A stretch of 64,000 bases of DNA from Oscillospiraceae bacterium. Lineage in GTDB: Bacteria; Bacillota; Clostridia; Oscillospirales; Oscillospiraceae. The stretch covers positions 22,692-86,691 of the forward strand of contig CACXJE010000004.1 of NCBI GenBank assembly GCA_902767915.1. Direction: 5' to 3'. Position numbers and translations under genes: made by a program. The notes under the pieces are model-generated. The model worked only from the letters and a program-made list of their open reading frames with translations, did no database searches and was not told where the DNA came from. Shown in pieces: positions 36,141 to 44,456 of this stretch. Every line of letters starts with the position of its first letter. The first letter of the stretch is position 1.

Positions 36141-37142
36141 TTATTCTATGATTCCCTGCTTGCGCAGCCAGGCAAAGCCCTCCTCCAGGCCCTCGTCGAA
36201 CTCCGTGGTGTGGGGCTCGCTCAGGGACCGGGGCAGGCACCAATAGTCTCCGTAGGAGGAGCGCAGCGCCCAGTCGTAATTCTGCCAGACGTCGTATCTG
36301 CGGCCCTCGAACTCCACCTCGTCCTTCAGCAGGGGGAAGAACTTTTCCACCGGACGGATTCCGCGCTCGTCGCGGCTCCACCAGGGGCAGTTGATGGGCT
36401 CGCAGAAATAATCTCCACGCCCAAAGTAAGGGAACCGCTTTTCCTGCTCCGCCTCGAATTCGGCGGTCAGCCGGTCCAGCTCGTGGTTTTCCACCGGGCG
36501 GCAATAATACTTGCCCTGCTCCTGCGCGGAGAGCTCCCGGATCTTCCGGATGTGCTCCTGATTGAGCGCCTGGGTTCTTTTCCACATCTCGTCCAGATTC
36601 TCCGGCGTCACGTCGATGCAGTCAAAGACCAGAATGTCGATCCAGAAGACGTCCACGGCCCGGAACTTGACCTTGGAGATTTTCAGGCCCTCTTTGTAGT
36701 TGTAGCAGTACTCCACCCGCAGGGTCTCGTCGTGGGCAAGCAGCTCCCGGAGCTTCAGGTAGTCCTGCCGCATCATGCCGATGTCCACATCGTTGTCCCA
36801 GGGGATGAAGCCGTGGTGCCGGACGGCGCCCATCAGGGTCCCGCCCACCAGGAACAGGGACAGGCCGTTGGCGTCGCAGACGTCCTTGACCCGCTCCAGG
36901 ATGTATTTCTCCGCCAGCTGGATGTTCCGCAGGCGGCCCGTGGCCTTGGGCATTTGCAGGCAGAGGCGCTGTCTCGTCTGTTGCATCGTCTCGCCGGGCT
37001 TCATCTGGGAGAGGAAAAACAGGTACTCCTGCTTCTTGTCCATCTCCCGGATTTCCTTGCGCAGGGTCTCCATGGCCTCGTTCATTCTGCGCTCCGTTCG
37101 GTAGGAGGGCAGGACCTTTTTCAGCTTTTCTCTGATGCTCAT
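36141..37142 (-). CDS. LicD-family phosphotransferase
   Basis: 333 aa. LFLVGGTLMGAVRHHGFIPWDNDVDIGM core motif. Confidence 0.75.
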   Translation of the reverse strand: MSIREKLKKVLPSYRTERRMNEAMETLRKEIREMDKKQEYLFFLSQMKPGETMQQTRQRLCLQMPKATGRLRNIQLAEKYILERVKDVCDANGLSLFLVGGTLMGAVRHHGFIPWDNDVDIGMMRQDYLKLRELLAHDETLRVEYCYNYKEGLKISKVKFRAVDVFWIDILVFDCIDVTPENLDEMWKRTQALNQEHIRKIRELSAQEQGKYYCRPVENHELDRLTAEFEAEQEKRFPYFGRGDYFCEPINCPWWSRDERGIRPVEKFFPLLKDEVEFEGRRYDVWQNYDWALRSSYGDYWCLPRSLSEPHTTEFDEGLEEGFAWLRKQGIIE

Positions 37143-37172
37143 AAAAGCCTCCGTAAAGCAGATATTTTCAAT

Positions 37173-38162
37173 TCAGTTTCCGGCTGTGCGCTTCGGGTAA
37201 TGCTTTCCGGCCAGGAAAGGCAGCCAGCGGTTGATGATATAGATGATCGGCGGCTCCAGGACGACCACCACCGCCAGCATGATCAGGCCCGCCCAGAGCG
37301 GCGTCGTACCGAAGTCGGAAATGCCCAGCAAGACCGCCACAGCCGCGTAAATGATGTGGTGCGTGCCGAAAATGATGATGGAATTCCTTCCGGCTCCGCT
37401 TAGAATCCGGTTGAAGGGCTCCGGCGGCTGAGGCTGTGAAATCTGAAGCACGAAGTAAGTGCCAAGAACGCCGTAGCAGATTTGGATGAGATATTTCAGC
37501 GGCTGGAACGGAATCCGCAGATCGGCGAATTTGGGGCCGAAGAACAGTCCCGCCGCCAGCACCGCCGCTCCGGAGAGGCAAATCAGCCAGATACGCCGCT
37601 GCTCCAGGAGCTCCCGTCCGTAGAAGCCGACGACGAAATAGGGCAGGTATTTCATGGAGGAGGCCAGGGTGGACAAAACAGGGATTCCCCCCAGCGGAAG
37701 GAAGGACGAAAAAAGCAGGGCGGCAGCGGCGGCGCACACGGCCCATTTTTTCCGCAGCAGAAGAGCCAGGGCCGCAAAGATCAGCTCCACCAGGAAGAGC
37801 GAAACGATGAACCAGAGGTTATGGTCGTTATAGCGCAGACTCAAGGTGTTGAAGAGATAGCCCTTCCAGTTCAGGGTGACGCCGTTTCGGATAATATCCG
37901 TCAGCACCCCCAGCAGTTCAATAAACACAAAGGGAATGCCAAAGGCATAGAGTCGCCGCAGGAAGAAGCTTCCGAAGCCCTTTCGGTAGGATCTCGTAAT
38001 CCCCAGCAGCAGGCCGCTGATGACGAAGAAGGCGGGCATGTGGAAGACGTAGATCGTATTGAAGACCGGACCCGACTGCCAGATGTGGCCGATCACCACA
38101 AGAATGATCAGGATGCCCTTGGCCCGGTCGATATAGTCCAGTCTGTTTTTTCGTTCACTCAT
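37173..38162 (-). CDS. Acyltransferase family 3
   Basis: 329 aa. RLDYIDRAKGILIILVVIGH; about 10 TM segments. Confidence 0.7.
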   Translation of the reverse strand: MSERKNRLDYIDRAKGILIILVVIGHIWQSGPVFNTIYVFHMPAFFVISGLLLGITRSYRKGFGSFFLRRLYAFGIPFVFIELLGVLTDIIRNGVTLNWKGYLFNTLSLRYNDHNLWFIVSLFLVELIFAALALLLRKKWAVCAAAAALLFSSFLPLGGIPVLSTLASSMKYLPYFVVGFYGRELLEQRRIWLICLSGAAVLAAGLFFGPKFADLRIPFQPLKYLIQICYGVLGTYFVLQISQPQPPEPFNRILSGAGRNSIIIFGTHHIIYAAVAVLLGISDFGTTPLWAGLIMLAVVVVLEPPIIYIINRWLPFLAGKHYPKRTAGN

Positions 38163-38191
38163 TCCGATTCTCCATGATTGTTGGAATACGG

Positions 38192-39193
38192 TTATTTTTC
38201 AAAGCTGCTCTTCTCCGGCAGGATGGTCTCGAAGGCCGCCTTCAGCTCGGCGGCGAGGGCCTCGAAGGGGATGTCCCCGGAGGGGTCGTTGATGCACACC
38301 ATGTCGTGCTCCTGACCGCGGATCAGGCCGCAGAGCCGGTCCACGGTATCGGGGTTGCAGTCCTCCACCACGTTGTCGGTCATGAAGGGGCTGAATTTCC
38401 CCGCGGCCACCTGCCACCAGAGGGCCAGCCACTGGTTCACGTCCTCGTTGCTCCGGAAGCGCCTGGCGGTGGTTGCCTCCAGCAGCTCCGGCTCCTCCGC
38501 CCAGATCGTCTCCAGGGTCGATTTCAGGAAGGCTGCGGGGGCGTGGAGGTTCTTGAAGCCCAGGAAGTTCTCCGGGTAGAGCCGCTCCAGCAGCCTGGTA
38601 CGGAGATTGTCCTTCCAGGGGTAGGCCCGGTTTGCGTATTTTTTCCCGTTTTTTCGGACCTGCTCCGGCTTATGGAAGTGGTTGTTGATGACCCGCAGGT
38701 CGTTGGCGATCAGATGCTGCCAGATCCCCGGGACGCCCCGGAAGGCGGCGGGGACCTCCCCGCCGAAGGTGCAGGGCAGGCCGTCCCGGAAGAAATTCGT
38801 CTCCGGCTGGGGCCGCAGCAGGAACATGTCGTCGTTGAAGAATACATAGTGATCGGCCAGGCCGGGGATCCGATGGACGTTCATCTCAATGGTGTTGGCG
38901 CTGAAGGTGGGCAGACAGGCCGCCGGAATGTAGTCGCTGTGGCGGACGTGGTGCAGCTTGGGGGCGTCCAGGTTCAGGAAGTCCGGCACGTGGCCGCAGG
39001 TGACGAAATGGACGGTCCGCACCCAGGGGGCGAAACGTTCGATCCCCCGGAACCAGTAGGGCATGAGGCCCCAGTCCCGGAAGCGGTTGACGGAATTGGC
39101 GTCGGTCAGGGTCTTGCCCTGGTACTTCGCCTTCTGGGCCTGCCAGGCGGGATCGCTGCCGTCCACCCAGAGAACTACAATATCAATGTCCAT
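38192..39193 (-). CDS. Stealth-family (CR1-CR4) sugar-1-phosphate transferase
   Basis: 333 aa. IDIVVLWVDGSDPAW (CR1), RFRDWGLMPYWFRGIERFAPWVRTVHFVT (CR2), FFNDDMFL (CR3). Confidence 0.75.
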   Translation of the reverse strand: MDIDIVVLWVDGSDPAWQAQKAKYQGKTLTDANSVNRFRDWGLMPYWFRGIERFAPWVRTVHFVTCGHVPDFLNLDAPKLHHVRHSDYIPAACLPTFSANTIEMNVHRIPGLADHYVFFNDDMFLLRPQPETNFFRDGLPCTFGGEVPAAFRGVPGIWQHLIANDLRVINNHFHKPEQVRKNGKKYANRAYPWKDNLRTRLLERLYPENFLGFKNLHAPAAFLKSTLETIWAEEPELLEATTARRFRSNEDVNQWLALWWQVAAGKFSPFMTDNVVEDCNPDTVDRLCGLIRGQEHDMVCINDPSGDIPFEALAAELKAAFETILPEKSSFEK

Positions 39194-39203
39194 GTCTTGC
39201 TCC

Positions 39204-40097
39204 TTATCCTTTCAAGCGGCGGATCAGCCGCCGGGGCAGCTTCCAGAGGTCGAAGTCCCTGAGGCGCAGATCGACGGCCTCGAACCGGGAGGAGCGGCAG
39301 TAGGTGTGGGCGCCGTCCACCCGGAATCCGGCCAGTTTTCCCATCGGCGTTTGCAGGAGTCCCGCGGGCTCCTCGGCGTGGGACCGCTCCGTATCCCGCA
39401 GGCGGACGAGCTCCACGGCGTCGCCGTAGCGCTGCTCCTGATTCCGCTGGACGGGCCGGTACAGGACGCCATTCTCGGCGAAGACCGGTCCCGCGCCCCG
39501 GACCCGGAGCCCGTCGTACTCTTTCCAGTCCAGCGGCTCCAGAGCGGCTTCGGCGACGCTCAAGCGCAGGCTGTAGGCCCTGGGCGTCACCCGCTCGGTC
39601 TTCCCGTCCGTCAAAAAGCTCAGCAACCGGAGACCGCCGTCCCATTCATAGACCGTGGTGTCCACGGCCCGTTCCCGGAGCAGGACCTCCCGGAGCTTCC
39701 ATCGGTAGGGAAAGGCCTCCGCCTGGTACAGCCGGAGCTCCCTCGCCGCCGAGGACTCGGGAATCATGTACCAGATGCCCTGCCAGCGGAAGAGAAAGGG
39801 ATAGGAGTAGTGGCATTCGTCCCGCAGGATCACCCGGGGCTCCCCCAGGGAGCAGTCCGGCAGAACTTCCGCGGCCTCGATGTGGCCGTGGTCGTTTTCC
39901 ACGGCCTCATAAAACAGCCAGGTTCTTCCGTCCTCCTCCGCCAGCATGGGGTCCGCTGCCCAGCGGGCGGCCTCGGCGGGCAGGACGAAGGCCGGGGAAA
40001 AGCCCGCTTCCTCCAGGACGCTCTTCACCGCTCTGGGGCGGAGCGCCACCGTAAAATAGCTGTGGGTCAGAAACAGCTTTTGCAGCAATGGATTCAT
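39204..40097 (-). CDS. Conserved hypothetical, beta-propeller-like (resembles the GINT1 N-terminal/GH43-like family seen in glycan loci)
   Basis: Start trimmed to ATG 40097 (MNPLLQKLF). WAADPML...HYSYPFLFRWQGIWYMIPES pattern; family name recalled from memory only. Confidence 0.45.
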   Translation of the reverse strand: MNPLLQKLFLTHSYFTVALRPRAVKSVLEEAGFSPAFVLPAEAARWAADPMLAEEDGRTWLFYEAVENDHGHIEAAEVLPDCSLGEPRVILRDECHYSYPFLFRWQGIWYMIPESSAARELRLYQAEAFPYRWKLREVLLRERAVDTTVYEWDGGLRLLSFLTDGKTERVTPRAYSLRLSVAEAALEPLDWKEYDGLRVRGAGPVFAENGVLYRPVQRNQEQRYGDAVELVRLRDTERSHAEEPAGLLQTPMGKLAGFRVDGAHTYCRSSRFEAVDLRLRDFDLWKLPRRLIRRLKG

Positions 40098-40099
40098 AT

Positions 40100-41146
40100 T
40101 CAGCCTCGTTTCAGCAAGGGCTTGACCGCCCGGACGGCTCTGGCCCGGGCGCTCCGGTAACGGACCCGGGTCCAGATGGGCAGGGCCTTTCCGGCGACGA
40201 GCTGCCCGCAGAGCCGCCGGCTCCCCTCGGAGAGCCGGGGAAGCGCCTCCGCGCATTCCCGGAAATTCCGGTTTGCCGCGAATTCCGCGCAGTGCTTCCG
40301 GACCTCCCCAAGGGGGGCGGTCTGCATCTTGACCCAAAACAGATCCAGATAGATTTGGAGCACGATTGCCTTCAGGGCCTCCCGGTCCTCGCCGGCGAAG
40401 CCGCAGCAATCGGCCAGCTCAAAAAAGCGTTTGGCGACCAGGTCCGTATTGGCGGCCACGGCGTCGATTTTGGCGATCCGGTCCACGGTCCGGTCGTGGT
40501 CGTAGTCGGTATTGTATTGATAGCAGATCTCCGGAAGCACCAGACAGCGGGCGCTGTGGGCCATAGCCTCCAGAGAAAAAGCCAAATCTTCGTAGTTGGT
40601 GAGCCCCCGGTCGAAGCGGACGCCGCTTTCGAGCAGCAGGCTGCGGCGAAACAGCTTGTTCCACACCGGGGAGAGGTAATTCGTACGGAAGAGCTCCGCG
40701 AACCGCGGGCCCAGGGCGCTCCGCTCCAGCAGCAGCCGCTGCCCGAAGCGGAGGGCCTCGGTCTTCATCAGCTGCTCGCCCCGGAAATAGCGAAACTCCA
40801 TGCCGAAGAGGACCACGCCCGGCTGGGAGCGCTCCAGCTCCTCCAGGGCCGCCGCGGGCAGGGGCAGGGCCCCGTCGTCGGCGTCCACGAACCAGAGATA
40901 GTCGCCCCTTGCCTCCTCGATTCCCAGATTCCGAGCCGAGGAGACGCCGCCGTTGGGCTTGTGGACACAACGGACCGCGGGATATTCTCCCGCCAGGGCG
41001 TCGCAGAGCGCCGCCGTGCCGTCGGTGGAGCCATCGTCGATCAGCAGGAGCTCCGCCAGGGGGAGTCCGATGCCGAGGACCCGGGTGACCGTCTCCCGGA
41101 GGGTGGCCCCGCACTGATAGGCCGGAATGATAACGCTGACAGTCAT
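40100..41146 (-). CDS. Glycosyltransferase family 2
   Basis: VSVIIPAYQCGATL...LLLIDDGSTDGT and DADD motifs. Confidence 0.75.
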   Translation of the reverse strand: MTVSVIIPAYQCGATLRETVTRVLGIGLPLAELLLIDDGSTDGTAALCDALAGEYPAVRCVHKPNGGVSSARNLGIEEARGDYLWFVDADDGALPLPAAALEELERSQPGVVLFGMEFRYFRGEQLMKTEALRFGQRLLLERSALGPRFAELFRTNYLSPVWNKLFRRSLLLESGVRFDRGLTNYEDLAFSLEAMAHSARCLVLPEICYQYNTDYDHDRTVDRIAKIDAVAANTDLVAKRFFELADCCGFAGEDREALKAIVLQIYLDLFWVKMQTAPLGEVRKHCAEFAANRNFRECAEALPRLSEGSRRLCGQLVAGKALPIWTRVRYRSARARAVRAVKPLLKRG

Positions 41147-41172
41147 TGGGAATCACCTCGCAGGAAGGCCTG

Positions 41173-42264
41173 TTACTGGAAGAAGAATTTAAAGGGATAG
41201 AGATGCCAGTCGCCGTGGGCGACGTTCAAAAAGCGGTAGATGCCGAAGCCGCAGAACAGATATGGCGCAATAGTATCCACGGTTTGCAGAAATCGCCAGC
41301 TTAGAAGGGATTTCCGATCTGACCGTTTGTCAAAAATCATCGGTATGAAAATAACTGCAAACTGAAAATAATAGTCCGCCAGTCGTTCAAAAATGTTGTT
41401 ATAACCGCAGAATGTCTGAAGCACAATGGCAATGCCGCATAGCTGCAGCAGAATGACGTACTGCCGATCCTCTGCAGTCGGGACACGAAACACCACCGCT
41501 GCGACAACGATGACAATCATGATCAGTGCCTTTGTTCGCAGGAACGTCACATCCGAGAGATCGATGCCGGCTTCCTCGTCCTTATAGTATTTCATCAGGA
41601 AATTGATAATCTCGTTGCGGAACACATAGGTCAGCACCAGCAGGCCCACCAGCAGCAGCAGATAGGCGCGGCCGGGCTTGATCTTCGCGATCCAGTAGGC
41701 CGGCAGGAAGATCAACGCCGGGAGGTGAATCTGGCCCGCCAGCAGAACAATCACGATGAATTTAATGGGCTTTTTCTCTATGATCGCGTCGAAGGCCAGC
41801 ATCAGGAAGGCCATGGCGATGCTCTGCTTCAGGGCGGAAAAGTGGAAGGTAAAAAACAGCAGGCCGAAGTGATAGAGGATGCTCTGGAGCGGATTGGGCG
41901 AGTATTGATAGACCATCCGCCCAAAGCAGATCGTGACGAAGGCCGCGATCACAGAGATATAGAGCTGATAGTCCCTGCTGATATACGTGGCGAAGGCCTT
42001 GGTTAAGAAATAAAACAAGGCGTTTCTTCCTTCTGTGTAGCTGATGATCCCGTCCCAGCTCATTGTTTCCATTTTCCGGAAGTTTGCCAGATAGGAGGTC
42101 CTGGTATCGTCGCCGATGACATAGGTGTTCCGCAGGCCGTAGATCGCATACAGGAGCAGACAGGCGACGATCACATATTGGAGATTTTTTTCCCGGGTCC
42201 CGTGCATGATCAGCGCCGTAACCAGCACCATCACCACGAGCAGCAGGTAATAGTCCATATTCAC
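41173..42264 (-). CDS. EpsG-family / Wzy-like polytopic membrane protein
   Basis: 363 aa with about 10-11 TM segments and aromatic-rich loops; more AT-rich than flanking GT genes. Confidence 0.55.
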   Translation of the reverse strand: MNMDYYLLLVVMVLVTALIMHGTREKNLQYVIVACLLLYAIYGLRNTYVIGDDTRTSYLANFRKMETMSWDGIISYTEGRNALFYFLTKAFATYISRDYQLYISVIAAFVTICFGRMVYQYSPNPLQSILYHFGLLFFTFHFSALKQSIAMAFLMLAFDAIIEKKPIKFIVIVLLAGQIHLPALIFLPAYWIAKIKPGRAYLLLLVGLLVLTYVFRNEIINFLMKYYKDEEAGIDLSDVTFLRTKALIMIVIVVAAVVFRVPTAEDRQYVILLQLCGIAIVLQTFCGYNNIFERLADYYFQFAVIFIPMIFDKRSDRKSLLSWRFLQTVDTIAPYLFCGFGIYRFLNVAHGDWHLYPFKFFFQ

Positions 42265-43377
42265 TCATTCCTCAAGAAGATCGATGAAAAACCGTTCCGT
42301 TTCCCCGGCAAGCGCCCTGGCGGAGAAATCCCGGCCCCGAAGCGCGGCGGTAGCCGCGAAGCGTTCCCGCAGGGCGGCGTCGCGCAGCAGCCGCTCTATG
42401 CCCTCGCGGAGGGCCTCTTCCTCATTTTCCACGATCAGGCCGTATTCCGAATCCCCCAGCAGCTCCCGCATGCCGGAGCATTCCGTGGTCACAATGGGCT
42501 TTCCGAGGACCAGGCCCTCGGTGACGAAGGTGCTCAGGCCCTCGTAGCGGGAGGAGCAGACCAGCAGGTCCGCCGCCTTCATAAAGGGGTAGGGGTTGGA
42601 CTGAAAGCCAAAGAGCTTCACGGAATCCGTCAGGCCGAGCTCCGCGATCAGAGCTTCCAGCACACCCCGCTGGTCCCCCTCCCCGACGATCCAGAGATCG
42701 TGGGCAAGTCCCGCGTCCAGAAGCTGTTTGTGGACCCGAATCAGCCGGTCGTAGCACTTCTCCTCAGACAGGCGGCCCACTGCCGCGACGGTCAGCCGCC
42801 GCTTTGCGGGCAGCGCGGGCAGGGTCAGCTCCGCCTTCTCCCGGATGGCGGCATCGTCCACGGTGTTATACAGCACCGAGACCTCGGATTCCCGTCCGAA
42901 CAGACGGACGAAGCTCTCCTTCGCCGTGTTGGAGACGCAGACGATCCGGTCGTAGGCCGCGTACTGCCGGGCGAGCTTCGCCCGGGTCTCGGGCTTCCCG
43001 TCCAGCTTCCGCGCCAGGTCGCTGTGGACCCAGGCGATCTTTTTGGCCTGCTTGTTGGTGGAGCCCGCCAGAATCTTCGTGGAGCCGAACTCCAAATAGG
43101 CGACCTCGAGCTCGTAATTGTCTCTGATGTGCAGGGGGTAGGTCAGGCCCGCGGCGGCCTCCGCGCGGCTGCGCAGGCTGTTCAGCCTGCCGGGGGCGGC
43201 ATAGCAGTACCGATAGCGGATCCAGGGCTTCAGAAGCCGGGCCGCGTCCGCCTTCCAGAGGGTCTGCACCGTGATCTCGAATTTCTCCGGGTCCATGGCG
43301 TTGACCAGGTCGCAGAGCACCTTCTCGGCGCCGCCGCCCCGCAGGGTCTCAATGAAAAACAGGGTCTTGATTGCCAT
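42265..43377 (-). CDS. Glycosyltransferase family 4 (GT-B, group 1)
   Basis: Start trimmed to ATG 43377 (MAIKTLFFIETLRGGGAEKV) with GAGGTAATT upstream. EGLSTFVTEGLVLGKPIV (E-x7-E). Confidence 0.75.
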   Translation of the reverse strand: MAIKTLFFIETLRGGGAEKVLCDLVNAMDPEKFEITVQTLWKADAARLLKPWIRYRYCYAAPGRLNSLRSRAEAAAGLTYPLHIRDNYELEVAYLEFGSTKILAGSTNKQAKKIAWVHSDLARKLDGKPETRAKLARQYAAYDRIVCVSNTAKESFVRLFGRESEVSVLYNTVDDAAIREKAELTLPALPAKRRLTVAAVGRLSEEKCYDRLIRVHKQLLDAGLAHDLWIVGEGDQRGVLEALIAELGLTDSVKLFGFQSNPYPFMKAADLLVCSSRYEGLSTFVTEGLVLGKPIVTTECSGMRELLGDSEYGLIVENEEEALREGIERLLRDAALRERFAATAALRGRDFSARALAGETERFFIDLLEE

Positions 43378-43379
43378 AA

Positions 43380-44438
43380 TTACCTCACCCGGTTCCACCG
43401 GAACATCAGCTTGTATTGGAACCAGCTCACGACGGGCTGGAGAATCCGCAGGGAAAAGAGTCGGCGCTTCAAAAACAGGGAAAGGCCGGGGTGGAGCCTG
43501 GACCGCAGCCAGAAGCGGAAGGGGTGGGTCCGCCAGGCGGCCAGGGTCGGCTCGGCGCTCTGCCAGGGGCGAATTTCGTCCTGGCGGAGTATGGCGAAGT
43601 CCGGCCCGTCCAGATAGGCCTTCAGCTCCTTCCAGCCCATCTCACAGCAGAGCCGGGGGAGCTTTTCGAGGATCATGGTCAGCTCCTGCCGCTTGGTGGA
43701 GTAGCCGTCAAAGCCCTTCGCCCGGAAATCCGCCTCCTCCAGCTCGAAGGCCTTCCGGGAGGTCTCCAGAATCTCCCGCTCGCTGTGGGTGTGGATGCAG
43801 CTGGTCGGGTTGACCCAGTAGCCCAGCATGACCCGGCTGCTGTACCGGATGGATTGCGCCAGGGCCGTGGTCAGATGGGCGAAGGGGATGTCCTCGTTGA
43901 TCCGTACAGGCAGATAGCGAATCCCGTGCCGGTCCAGGAGCTTCCGGTTGTAAAGGCAGGACCAGAAGCCCAGGGTGTAGGGCCGCTCCGGGTCCGGCGG
44001 CAGCTCCCGCCGGGCTTCGTCCTCCAGGGCATAGGGCTTTTCCCAGCGGCGGTTCATGCTGACGGCATGGTAGGAGAAGCGGTACAGGTCGAAGTCCTCC
44101 TCCAGCAGGGCCAACAGGGCCTCGTCGAAAAAGTCCGCCTCCCACCAGTCGTCGGCGTCGAGAAAGCCGATATAGGCGCCCTGGGACGCCTCAATGCCCA
44201 GGTTTCGGGCGGAGAAGGCCCCGCCGTTGGCCTGGTGGAAGACCCGGACCGCCGGGGCCGGATGCTCCGCGGCGATCCGGTCACAGATGGCCCCGGTGCC
44301 GTCGGTGCTGCCGTCGTCCACGATCAGCAGCTCCAGCCGGTCCGCCCGGGGCTGGCCCAGGACGGAGGCCGCCGCCCGCTCCAGAAAGGCCGCGCCGTTG
44401 TAAACGGGGATGACAACGGATACCAGGGGGTTTTCCAT
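43380..44438 (-). CDS. Glycosyltransferase family 2
   Basis: VSVVIPVYNGAAFL...LLIVDDGSTDGT and DADD motifs. Confidence 0.75.
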   Translation of the reverse strand: MENPLVSVVIPVYNGAAFLERAAASVLGQPRADRLELLIVDDGSTDGTGAICDRIAAEHPAPAVRVFHQANGGAFSARNLGIEASQGAYIGFLDADDWWEADFFDEALLALLEEDFDLYRFSYHAVSMNRRWEKPYALEDEARRELPPDPERPYTLGFWSCLYNRKLLDRHGIRYLPVRINEDIPFAHLTTALAQSIRYSSRVMLGYWVNPTSCIHTHSEREILETSRKAFELEEADFRAKGFDGYSTKRQELTMILEKLPRLCCEMGWKELKAYLDGPDFAILRQDEIRPWQSAEPTLAAWRTHPFRFWLRSRLHPGLSLFLKRRLFSLRILQPVVSWFQYKLMFRWNRVR

Positions 44439-44456
44439 AGGGTTCTCCTTCTCGAT

